Source of the DNA: Geosiphon pyriformis uo1
Lineage: Eukaryota; Fungi; Glomeromycota
Length of the DNA stretch: 64,000 nt
Assembly: GCA_016748015.1 (NCBI GenBank)
Contig: JAAOMT010000213.1
Coordinates: forward strand, 154,485 to 218,484
Reading direction: 5' to 3'
Part shown: piece after piece, positions 35,133-47,622 of the stretch
How the letters are laid out: each line of letters opens with the position of its first letter
How positions within the stretch are numbered: position 1 is the first letter of the stretch
Notes under the pieces: model-generated
Told to the model about the DNA's origin: nothing
Database searches by the model: none
What the model saw: only the letters and a program-made list of their open reading frames with translations
Position numbers and translations under genes: made by a program

Positions 35133-38100
35133 GTGGCAGAATCTGAAAAAACAGGGACAAACCACTTGGGATTCACAAAATTCTTATTCCAACACTATTG
35201 CACCCATCTTAAATTAACAAATAATAGTTGGCCAACAGAATCAGCTTTCAATTGCTACATCAACAAGAGAATAGTATATCATTTGGGAGGCCAAGGAGAT
35301 CCAGAATTCGTCTTCAACAATTTTTTCAGTAAATTACTACAAAGCACCACTCTTCCATAAAACTACTTATTTGCACCCACAAAAATAAACAGAGAAATTG
35401 AAAAATACACCAAGCAGAAATTTTCTATCATTTTTGCTGACAAAAGAAAAGGAAGGTTACAAACACCAGCAGAAATACCAAAACAAATTCAATTACCCAC
35501 TTGGAAGAAACAAAGATTTGATTCATCTGCTAATCCAGCTTATCACTACACACCTGGAAGTACTATTAATATAATAAACACAGCTACAACAAGCATGACA
35601 ACACTACTGAATAAAATCCTATTTCAAAGTAAACAAAAGAAAGCAGAATTATTAAGAACATATGGCAATTATTTTGAGGAATTTAAATTGTGATCCCCAA
35701 TACCATCAGAAATTTGATCACCACTACCACAGCCAGATTTTGGAGCTGTTAGTTCTTGGGAAATAATTGACTCCAAGGAAGAGAAAAATAGTGATCAAAA
35801 AATCAGCAAGTAAAATTCAATTCAACAAAATTCAGAAAATCAAACTCCAAATATTCAAACTCTGACAAATCAGAACAATCCAAACTCTGACTCAATTAAT
35901 CAGCAAAACTTATCTCCAATAATCAAGATTAATTCACCACCCATTTCACCAATTACTGAACAACAACAACAACCACAACTGTTATCTCAACAACAATTTC
36001 AGCAGTAACTACAACAACAACCACAACAACAAATAGCCTACACTCCAATCACAAAAATAGAAAAATTTACCAGCAAAGAGAACAATGCCCAAGTATGGCT
36101 TAACAACATAGAAAAAGCCATCACAGCCAATGGATAAAATAATAACAGAGCCCTTCAAGTAATCCTCTATTTTTTCCAAGATACTGCTGACTTGTGGTAT
36201 CAAAGTTTAGCTGCCAAACCTCAAACATTCCAGAAATTTAAAATTACATTCTTGGGATATTTTAGTAATAATAACAGTATTAATTGCCTAGCCAATGCCT
36301 TTATTATAATCAAACAGAGAGAAACTGAAGCAGTTACCACTTACTTGAGATGCTTTTACAGGAACTTACACCAAATTCAAGCAATCCAAGCTGACTATTT
36401 TATAGTGCCACAGATTCTGAACCAGTTTATCTGTGACCTGCACAGTAGTCTTTTCCAATGTGTACAATTATTAGATCTAACAACACTCCAAAATGCAGTC
36501 ACATAGACTAGAGACTTTGAGTCAGTTGAATTAGAGACTAATTATGCCCAAGTCATAAACCTAGTCATGAATAGATTATCTAACTTGGATTCCAAATTGA
36601 AACAACTTAATAATTCAATTAATCAGAAATTAGAAGGATACTTAATTGACAATTGTGTAATTTATCAGCCACCCCAATAACACAATAATTCTGGGAATGT
36701 GAATTGCTACCAAAATTAGTCGTGTTTATCATCATCATTCAATCAGCTATGACAGCAAGAGATGCATATCTGCCACAATTGTGGTAAACAAGGCCATTTG
36801 AGAATTGACTGCTGTTTTTATAATAATAACTTATGATTGGGAAATCAATATCAAAACCCTGATTGCAGGTTTCAAACTCTGAATCAAAATACAAATCAGG
36901 ATCAATACTTACCTCATTACATCCAAATGACACAACAGCCAATTTATCAACCATCAGTATATTAAGCTTCAATTTATCAACTGACAACACCCATAATTTA
37001 TCAGCCACAGCTGCAACCTATTTATTAACTGCAGTCACAAGTAATATATTAGCTGCAACAAATTCAAACACTGCCACAAAACTTATCTCAAAATGGAATT
37101 CAAAGGCCAAGAATGATACAACAAAGCTGGAGATTGGTAATAGTAGTCTATCAACTAATTCCCAGTTCTTTAACTCAACCATCAGGATCACGTCAATGGA
37201 GTTTAGGAACTGGGTATACTCCAAACTTGAGTTCCCAGAACTATTTAAGTTTTCTGATTAATTCAGAAAACATCTTACTTAACAACCAAAAACCCAATTA
37301 AACCAAATCACTTACCAGCAACATACCTCCAGCCACTGTCACCAATGATGAATTACTAGCAGCAATATTCTCATTTGAACTTGAGGAACTGTTATCCACA
37401 CCTTTGTTTAGTGGAGCCATGCTTGAAGAAAAACCAATTACTACCATGTACACAAATGCTAAAATGAATGGCCACTTCATCAAACTGATCTTAAATAATA
37501 GATCAGCTGGCAGCATCATCACAAAACAATTCATAGACCAATTAGGTTACCAAGTTGATTGTGCTGTCAGTGCTAGGATAATAATAGCTGATGAAGCAAC
37601 CAAAACCCCTATTGACAAGATTGATAATTTCCTATTTGAAGTCAATAGTATTATTACACCAATCAAGATTTTGGTGATGGAAGCTATGCAATACCAAGCA
37701 CTAGTTAGTAATAACTGGCTAGTCAAAACCAATGCCATGCTCAACTGGAACATGTAGAAATTACAGTTTAGTCAAGATGGACAACATATAAGAGTACTGG
37801 CCATGTGCAACCACTTCAAACCAAATAATACTACATTAGCACCACTAATTGAATTCAAGAAAAAAGAAAAAAAACTCATCTAAGAAGCTTACCAAGTTTC
37901 ATGAACTGACAAAGACCACAACAAGTTACCACTGATACTTTCTTGAAACAACAATGGGAAAGGAAAGCAAAAAAAAGAACTTACCTGGAATTCTGACCAA
38001 GTCTGAGGAACTGACAATGACCAGAAAGAGCTAATAACTTGGGAGAGGGAAGAAAGCAATAAGAGAAAAAAAAAAGAGAAAAAAGAAAAAACAACACTCA

Positions 38101-41100
38101 CCAATACTTATAACTCTTACATTAATACTACACTACAATGATCCACCTATTACTGACCAAAGCTCATATGCATCAATTGTGGCAAAAAATTGTCATTGAT
38201 GGGTGCATGCTATAGTGACAATGAAAAATACTCCACAGCAACAAAATTTTACTGTTACTTATGCATCATAGAATGCTTTAGATGACCAAAACAGCCAAAA
38301 AAATGGGACAATAAACTGTGTTTCACATGTGAAACTATTTTGCTTGACAAAAAAATGTGGAATGACATTCCTGGGCATGAAAAAATATGTGATAAAACAT
38401 GTCAGTATACAATCCTGATCAATAACTGAGTACACAAAAAAACACCAATTGACAATGCCTGGAAACAAGCATTGCAACAATTGGAAAAATATCCCCATGA
38501 CAAACACAAAATCTGGAGAATGACGAGTGCAAAAACAGAAGACATAACACTCAGTAAACTACTGGAAATTAAAAACAATCTTCTATCTCTTTCTAAACCC
38601 AAATACATCCAAACTTTTGATGTTTTTGGCAATATTGAAGATAATTCAGAAGAATTTCATGAACACTACCAGTGATTAGCACCCACTAGAGAAAAACAAA
38701 AGCAGCATTTAAAGCAGTTGAATACTTAATTATGTTAACATTGTTTAATTTCCTGTGACTTTCAATATTGTAATAAGTGTGATCTTATTTACAATCTACC
38801 ACCACATATAATCTACACAATTCTAAAAAAAGAGAAACCAATCAGCAACTGTGCATCAGAATTGGAATCAATTTTCAATTCTAATTCAAACTCTGACAAC
38901 AACAATGACAAAAACAACAGTTCCAGCTCTGCTCTATATAACAATGAAAATAACAACAATTCGGATTCCAATTCAAACTCTGAAATATACATCGCACTTC
39001 CTGATCTTACCAAGGAGTAGAAACTTAAATAGTTCAGTAATAATGATGAAGGTATCATATCAGAATGTGTGCATAATACTGATACAGAGTTTAATCTGAG
39101 ATATTCAGAAAACAATGCCATCAAATTGGAACCATACTTATGCACCTGCATTGATTTTAAAATAGTATTGGAAATTTCAACAACAACAATAGTTTAATTA
39201 GCATCCAGAAATAGTTTAGTGAAAAAAGGAATCAACATCAGAGGAAGAATAATTGATGCAGGATATATAGTAAATATCATTGCTATGCTACAAAATAACT
39301 CAGAAAAGGCCTATATCATAGAGCCAAATGAAAAGATAGCACAGGCAATATTTCTACTTCTGATTAAAATAGTTCAATTAGTATCAGTAGGAAACAAGGA
39401 AGAATTAGAAATTACAGTTAGAGGAATATAAAAATTCAGATCAATGAGTAGAATAGACATACCAATTAATATGGCAGAGAAAAAAATTATTAACAAAAGA
39501 AAAATTATCTCCACCCATCAATTAATTTCCATTCCACTATATAACCAGTATATGGTAACCATAAAGAGAAAAGTAAAAGATCAGATACAGATTTTTGAGG
39601 CAAAAGCAACACTTTGTGAATCAGGAAGATTGGATTAGTCAATCTACACATACCAGCCAAGAATCACAGACACATCAAAATTCTTATTTACAACAACACG
39701 GGAAACACTATTAAGATACCAAAAGGAACCACTATTGGATATTTGACTACTGAAGTTGAAAACCAACTGCCAAACACTATTCCAAACTTTGCACAACTGT
39801 GTAGATATGTAGATATCATATTTTAAACAATATACAGACAAAAAAAATATTATCTGCTCTAATTAAAACAATTAGAACAGATAAACTTGAGAAATCTAAA
39901 CCCACTACAATATATGCAGCTCAAGATATTACTCAACAACTTTAATGACATTTTTGCCAGCAAAAATAAATTTGGCAAAACTGACATAATTTAGCATCAG
40001 ATCAAAACTGGAGATACAATGCCAATTAAACAAAGAGCATACAGAGTACCACCAACTAGCCATGAGATCATTTGTCAAGAAATCAATTAGATGCTTGACA
40101 ACAGGCTAATTTAGCCATTAATGAGCCCATAGTTATCACCAGTAGTATTAGTCCATAAGAAAAATAGAAAAATCCACTTTTGTATGGATTATTGAAAACT
40201 GAATGGAGTAACAAAAGGAGATAGTTACCCAATACCAAAGATCCAAGAGCTGTTCAACACTTTTGAAGGAAAGAAATGGTTCTTAACTTTAGATTTAGAC
40301 AGTGGTTACTAGCAAGTAGCCATGAAATCAGAAAACAAAGAGAAAACAGCTTTTACAATACAAGAAGAAAATTTCGAATTTAAAGTTATACTATTTGGCT
40401 TGATGAATGTTCTTACCATATTTCAATGGCTTATGAAAATTATCTACACAGGACTACTATAGAAATCAGTAGTTATATACTTAGATGACACCAATGTGTT
40501 CTCAAAAACCTTTGATAATCATTTGTATCATTTCTAACAAGTATTTGAAAAACTAAGAAGAGCTGAATTAAAATTAAATACAACCAAGTGCTTTTTTGAA
40601 AAGACTGAACTCAAGTTTTTGGGATATATGGTAAGCAAAAATAGTATCAAAATGGATCCAGACAAGATTGAAGTAGTCAAGAACTTTTCAGTACCAACCA
40701 ACTTGACAAAACTAAGAGCATTCTTGGGATTTGCCAGATACTATTGCTACTTTATTAAAGATTTTTCTAAACTGGCTTAGCCATTACACCAGCTTCAATT
40801 AAAGAACACCAAGTATAAATGGACAGAAAACCAGTAAAAAGCTTTTGACATATTAAGAAGAAAGCTTATTCAAGCTCTAGTGTTGATGTATCCAGATCAC
40901 AGCAAACCATTTATTATCACTACAGATATATTAGGCCAAGCATTGGAAGCAGTACTATTGCAGAGAAAATCAGATGGAAGAGAACATCCAATAGCATATA
41001 TCAGCCAAAGTTTGAGTCCAGTTGAAAAGAACTATAGAACACTAGTATTAGAACACTTAGCAATCTATTGGACAGTTATGAAATGAAAAAAATACTTGAG

Positions 41101-42695
41101 CCAAAAGTTTGATATATATACTGATCATAAAGAATTAACTTTAATCCAAAAGCAAAAATTTGGAAATGATTGTCATGCCAGATAGAAAATAGAACTTTTA
41201 CTATTTAATTATACAGTATATTACAAAAAGAGAAAAGAAAATGGAAATGCTAATGGTTTGTCATGAATAAGACAAATTTAAAAACATTTCAACCCAAAAA
41301 TACAACAAAAGATGAATATACAAAAATACCAACAATTCCAGCATTATATAAATACCCAATTGTTTAAGGAGAAATTATCTTAAAAAAAACAAAACAACAT
41401 AAAACAACAATCAAAATATTTTATCAATTATCAAAATATATTTTAACAGAAAAACAAAAAAAATTCAGATTAACCAACCAGAGTAATTACAGAACCAGAA
41501 AAAGAAACAATATTGTTCAACATGCACTTAGATTCAACAGCAGGATGCTTTCATAAAGAAGCAACCATGAAAAGAACCAGGAATAGATATTATTGGCCAT
41601 CATTGTATTCAAACATTATCCAATATGTTCAAAATTGTGATGCTTGTTAAAGAAGAGGTGAAATAAAACCCAGTAAACCATTGAAACCAATCAAAGTAGA
41701 ACAACCATTTGATTACATTGAAATTGACTTAGTCGGACTATTAACAATCACCAGCAGAGACAACAAATATATTGCAGTAACTATAGATTATTTCACTAAA
41801 TGGCCAGAAACAAAAGCCATTCAAAGAGCAAATGCAAAATCTGTTGTCAAATTTGTCCATTAAGATTTAATTTGTTGACACAGATGTCCAAAAAAAACTA
41901 CTATCAAATCAAGAAACTCACTTTGTGAATAGAACATTGACAGAATTAAGTTAAAAATTTGGGATAAAAAGATCATTATTATCACTATATTATCCACAAA
42001 CAAATGGGTTAGTTGAAAAATTCAACAGAATACTGTGTGAAACAATAGCCAAGATCAGCCAAGAAAACCAGAACAAATGGGATTTGTTTATACTATTAGT
42101 ATTATTTGCTTACAGAACAATGAAACAAGACACTATACAAGCAACACCATTTGAATTAGTATATAGTAGAACAACAATATTACCAGTTGTGATAAAAGTT
42201 AGAACATATTCAACAGAACCAATAACAGAAAAAAATTTTCAAAGAACATTGTTAAGAAGAACATATGACTTAATGGAAACACTGGAAAACAAATGGCAAA
42301 AAACAGCTAACAACATCCAAAAGTTACAAGAGAAACAAAAAGAAAGACACAATAATCAACTAACAGATAAACCAATCAAATTCAGGATTGGAGACAAAGT
42401 ACTTTTACATCATACCAAAGTGGAAAAACAATAGAGTGAAAAATTTGATCCCAAATAGGACAGACCATTTCACATAGAAAAAATTCTAGGAAATAGAGCT
42501 TGCAAATTAAGGTTGAACAACAAAATTTTAACCAAAGCAGCACATAGAAATTGACTGAAACTATATCAAAACATAGCACCAACATCTACCAATAATATTC
42601 CACAACTGAGAGCACAAAAAATACTAGTTCAACCAGATGAGATTCCACAAGATCTGGAACCAATCATAGTTATTGAACCAAACACATCAAATTAA
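35133..42695 (+). pseudogene. gag-pol: gag-pol polyprotein of B1 (Gag, CCHC, PR, Cys-rich insert, dUTPase, RT, RNase H, IN)
   Basis: CHNCGKQGHLRIDC ~36773-36812, PR ILNNRSAG (=LDSGS) ~37490, YLDD 40478-40489, RNase H in ORF 40880, IN DYFTKWPE in ORF 41681. The gag C-terminal and PR ORFs (37113, 37404) are in the same frame. Confidence 0.9.
39050..39455 (+). pseudogene. dut: dUTPase domain within B1 pol, between protease and RT
   Basis: All five trimeric-dUTPase motifs in order in one frame: TEFNL (AGFDL), SRNS (SRSS), IIDAGY, KIAQ, RGI*KFRSMS (RGxxGFGSTG). Confidence 0.92.
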
Positions 42696-42822
42696 ACAAC
42701 CAAAAGAGTATATAAAGACACAATATACATAACAAAAGCAACAAAGAAAAATAGAAATACCAGACTATATTCACACTTTAGCTCAACAGTTGTTTTAAGC
42801 TTTAAGTCAACAGCAAGTGAAC

Positions 42823-43386
42823 ATGGGAATTATTATCAACAACCAAACAATTTGTTATCAAAACACCAAACAAAAAGAGAAAAACACATTATACCAGCAA
42901 CTACAGAAACAGTCAATAAACTGGTCAGATAAAATAGTAAAAAAAGTAAAGAACACTTTTGGAAAGATAACTGTTATGGTTCCAACAGAAAAACTGGTGA
43001 AAAAAAATTGGAACCAATAAATAAATCAATTTCCAATACCATACTGCTACTATCAATTGGGACAAAAAGTAGATATTCAAAAGTTATATCTTGACAAATC
43101 CAAGAGAATCTTTAATTAAAAGATAATTTGGAATATTGAAGACATTATTGGAAAGAAAACAAACTTGACATTACATATCAAGACCATTTATTGACTATAC
43201 ACTATATTTCAAAACTACTCAAAAGTATTGTTACACTCTGACATAAAAACAATAACCATTAACCAATGAGGAAGAATGAACAATTCACAAATTGAAGAAA
43301 TAAAAAATAAAGTGGAACAAATAATACTTGAAAAAAAAGTATTTGACATAATTTAAAATGAGAATTTTAATGGAGCTTAATATTAA
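42823..43386 (+). pseudogene. ORF3 of B1 (~187 codons, unknown function) between IN and the PPT
   Basis: One frame from ATG 42823 to 43386 with no frameshift. All internal stops are TAA/TGA, explicable as CAA/CGA/TGG transitions. Confidence 0.65.
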
Positions 43387-43399
43387 AAGAAGGAGATAA

Positions 43400-44277
43400 T
43401 GTTACTTGAAAAAAGAAAACAGATATAGAAAATAGTAGACCAATAAGGGAGTAGTAGTTAGCACATGAGCACATTGCTTAGCAATATAGAGCAATGTCAG
43501 AAATCATGGCACATTGCTCAACAATATGGAGCAATGTTAAAAATCATAGCATATTGCTCAGCAAAATAGAGCAATGTTAAAAAATTAAGGCACATTGCTC
43601 AGCAATATAAGCATTGTTCAAGAAATCATAGCATATTGTTTGAGAATGTGAGCAATCTCATAGAACATCAATTATGTATATATAGTGATAGCAGTAGAAG
43701 AAAAAAAGACAGACCTCTTATTTTATATTTGATCTAAGCAATTTTCTTTATCATAAATATCAATAAATCATTATTTAATATCTTAAATCTACTTCACACT
43801 ATTAATACTTTATGGTAATAATAATTAATACTTAACCACACTGAAACAATAGCTCTTGATTACAGCTATTGATGGAATACTAATGTGCAAATTGCCTTGG
43901 CTTATTTTTTTTTTGTTTTCTTTTTTGTTTTATTTTCTTTGTTGTTTGTTAACTTGATTAAAAAAATTTACACACAGAAGTACTGATGTTAGGATATAGC
44001 ACTAGTAAAAGACCCAGGAATAAGAATAGACACTCAGAATTGAGAATATCTTATCAGGAAGATTACCAGCCATCACACTAAGAAAGAAATTAATGAAACT
44101 GCAGTTTCAGAAAGCTACAGATAAAACTATTAATTGAATCTCTGTTTATTATACAAAGGATTCAACCAAAACCTTTAGAAACCACAATTTCAGAAATTAC
44201 CAATATTATTATATCAATTAAGCACCAAGTTACGGATTTATTATTTGATTTAAGATCCCAAATAATTATTTGTAACA
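43400..44277 (+). repeat. 3' LTR of B1
   Basis: TGTTAC...GTAACA after the PPT. Confidence 0.95.
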
Positions 44278-46069
44278 ATATGCATCAAATCTTTCTTAAT
44301 TAAAAACAACTATTTAGTTACCAACTGATCTGTTTAAGTCAATTTAACAAACTTTATTATAGCATTTTATTATAGCTTAATTAGTTGTAATTAGATTAAT
44401 ATTACTTAACTAAATTCAAAAAAAACTACAATAATTATTTTTTTTAGTGTATTCATAAGAATTTTTTTAATTATTACAGTCTAATCTAAACTAATTTTTT
44501 GTTTTTTAATATTGTTGTTTACAATAATTCTCTTTTCTCTGGCCAATAATATGGTCTTTTTTATGCTTTTTTTTAATATAAATGTTGATTTGAAAATTTT
44601 AAATTTTAAAAAAGTAATGGCTCTTTTAAAATTATTAATTAAAGAAAAAATTTTCTTAATTGTTTAAGTTTTAGCCATTGCTAATTTGTTTTTTATCATT
44701 AATAAGTTTATATCCAAAGCAAAAAATTTCTTAATAATCACTTTAATTAGAGTTTTTATTATCTTAGAGTCAACTTATTTTTTATTCAAAAAATATTAAA
44801 AAAAGATAAAAGTAGTTTGACTTTTTTTTCTATATCAAACTTAAGAAAACCAAGAAAAAAATCATAATTCATAGTAGTAATTATTTTTTTGGCTTTAGAA
44901 ATAATAATAATTGAACTCAAAAAAGATTTACTATTAATACTTTCTATAATATAATTGTTTTTACTACTATTGAACTTACTGTCTATATTCAAATATATAT
45001 TACTAAAACCAAACTTGACCAATAATATATTTTTTTTGTTATCAAAATGTTTAATATTACTAAGAACAATTTTTTTTTAAGAGAAAAAACCATTAGCAAG
45101 ACTGTAAAAAACTTTTTTCAACACTTTTTTTTTAATATATTACTACTTAAAACAGTTTTTAAGTCTATAACAAAAAGATTAATGAATTAAAAAATATTTA
45201 AAAAAAACAACAAAGAAAACAAAAACTTTTTTTTTAAAATTATGCTTTTTGAAAAATTTGAAATGTAAAAAAAGAAGTTTTTTGCATATTTTAGTTTTTT
45301 TAATGATAATAATATTGTTATAATAGAAACTTATACTTCTTATTAATTATCATATGTATTAGCCATTGATGTCATATAAATTAGCCACTCTATTTTTAGA
45401 AAGTGATTATTGATCTAATCAATGACCTGATTATTGACTTAATCATTAATCTGATTATTGACCTAATTGTTAACTTGATCATTGACCACTTTTAATAGCT
45501 ATATAAGTGATAAATTTTTTAGCTGTAGAAAAGCATGTAAAAATCAAGAAAATCAAATAAATAAAATAACAACTTTCATCTTAATTCTTTTCTTATTGCT
45601 AATTTCTCTTTCTTTACTTTTAAGTATCTAAATATCTTGGAATAAAAAATTACTTTTTGGTTATTTTTTACCCTTTTTCTAAAACATGTAATTGCAGTAT
45701 TTGAAGATTATTGAATAAAATGTGACTAAAGAGTACATCTGATACCTAACATTGAATTCTAAGAGTGCTGACGTGAGACATAGAATTATACCAGACATGA
45801 TCATTTGTTAACAGTACAGACTATCTTTTTACTTTCAGATTCCTGGTTATCTTTTAAAAAGTATAGTAACTGAAATATTTTATGAGACTAATCTTACACA
45901 TTGAATTCATACTTATTCAATTTATTCATTGAAGTTGAAATCTCTTTGATTATTTCCATCACTCTACAATCTTGTTCTCTCTTGTTATTCATTAGCTTGT
46001 TACTTCAATCCATAACATAAAAGTAGTGCTCTCTGTGAGGTTGTCAAAATCCATTTTGTTTCCTATTGT

Positions 46070-47622
46070 ATGGGTGATTATTCATATCTGTCACAACAAT
46101 CAGAGGAACACTTTGAAGCATATAACAAAAACAATTTAGACTTTATTAAACTTAATTCTTTGCCCTTCTGCTTGATTTGCTTCCCCATTGAAGAACAATT
46201 CAGCAAACAATTCCAAAACTTTTGGAACTGGTTTCTGAACGAACATTTAGCTGAAACTTACACAGCCTATACAACTTATTACTTTGACCAAGCTTATTTT
46301 GAAGACAACTTTGAAGAAAGAAACAACAGCATCAATCAGTTTTTATATTCTATAACCTTTAAACAACAGTCCCCTGATTTCAAATATCTGAATCATCAAA
46401 TCCATACTTGGATTGCTGCCCATTAATCAACTGAAACTCTTCTTGAAACAGAAGAAAAAAGCTATTAAACTGCTTCTGTTCTTGATTTTTTCTCAAGTAA
46501 ATCAGATCATTCTACTCAAACAGTAACTTCTGAACTAATGGCTAATGATTTTATACAACAGAACATTCTGATCACTCTCCAAGACATACAAACTGCTTTG
46601 GGAAGAAGAAACAACACTCCATTACCCTTGTTTAAAGGTAATGTACAAGATCCAATTAAATGGTTGGATGATTTTGAAAGAGTTACCACAGCCAACCAAT
46701 ATGATAATGAATATAAGTTCCAAATCATTGGTGATTACCTTCAAGGCTCTCCTGCTACTTGGTTCTCACAAAAAACCAATGCCAATATTCAGCAAAGAAT
46801 TATTAGATGGACATTAGCAAATGCTGAAGAAGATAATATCTTTTTTACTACCTGGTTTGAAATAAAATTTAGAACTTCTATCTTGATATCTAAATGATAC
46901 ATGGAACTAGAAAGAAGAATCCAAAATCCTGGTAAAGTGGTAACTAAATATGCCAAAGCCATCAAAAAGTTAATTAAAAAAGTAAACTCTGAAAGAAACT
47001 GGACAAAAAAACAAAAGATTCATTCCTTTACAAAAGGATTGAGAACAAATCTGTTCTATGCTCTTTGGCTCCTTCTGGTTCTGAAAAACAATCTCACAAT
47101 AGACATGGCCATTAAACTTGTCCAACAAATTGAAGACAGCCAAAGAATGCACTTGGGATCCACACTTTTAATTTTTGCTTCTGCTTTTGTTATGGCTTCT
47201 GCTCCTGTTATGGCTGTTATCTCTTTTGCTGTTCAAACTTAAGACCCAAATAAACAGTTAATAGATAGACTCACAGCTAATCTTGTCTGGTTACTGAAAC
47301 CTTTAACCCAAGCAGTTAGAGAGAATCAACAACCCAAAGACCCAAATTTGAACCTCATTTTAATCAAACCCAGCAACCTTCTTATCAAAGACAACAAAAT
47401 TATGGTCTATCTGTGTGTTATCACTGTAGATAAACTGAACATTTCTTCAGAAATTGCAACAATCCTTCTCTGCCTTCTCTAGCTCCTAAAAACAATGACA
47501 ATTAAAACAACAGAACTATCAACAACAATGTTTTCAACCAAAGACCCAATTATGCCAACATCAATTTCTTTAGAGAGGATCTCTTAGTTGAAGCCACTGT
47601 TTATTAGTCTTTAAACTGGTAG
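46070..47622 (+). pseudogene. gag: gag of A4
   Basis: MGDYSY..., capsid motifs LPLFKGNVQDPIKWLDDFE and FTKGL, degenerate knuckle, ends SLNW*. Confidence 0.9.

Larger units (their letters stand above)
34182..44277 (+). mobile_element. Full-length Ty3/Gypsy family B element (B1, ~10.1 kb) with dUTPase
   Basis: Paired LTRs, PBS, PPT AAAAGAAGGAGATAA 43385-43399, and 4-bp TSD ACAT (34178-81) / ATAT (44278-81). Confidence 0.95.
31655..45278 (-). mobile_element. Heavily mutated L1-like LINE (LINE-a): ORF1 (~45170 to 33205, split by B1) and the APE endonuclease part of ORF2 (~33202-31655)
   Basis: ORF 32648-32905(-) VIILGLY..VLGNNFN = APE GDFN region. ORF2 starts INNLVWKF. ORF 44786-45022(-) matches the ORF1 N-terminus at 63456. 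ORF1 reads through the B1 insertion site (KDLMH/VTK). 5' motif ACTTCTTT at 45278. Confidence 0.85.

Noticed and set aside
36863-37261. Overlapping S/T-rich ORF (NLST repeats) in B gag
   Set aside because: Off-frame reading of the IYQP-repeat gag linker. The PR-contiguous frame is the other one, and there is no evidence of separate function.
42430-42695. Chromodomain at the integrase C-terminus (families A and B)
   Set aside because: Pol ends shortly after the GPF-type region with PIIVI/PVVVI; no chromodomain motif.
46070-46090. N-myristoylation of Gag (MG start)
   Set aside because: MGDYSY fits the MGxxxS/T consensus poorly (Asp3, Tyr6).
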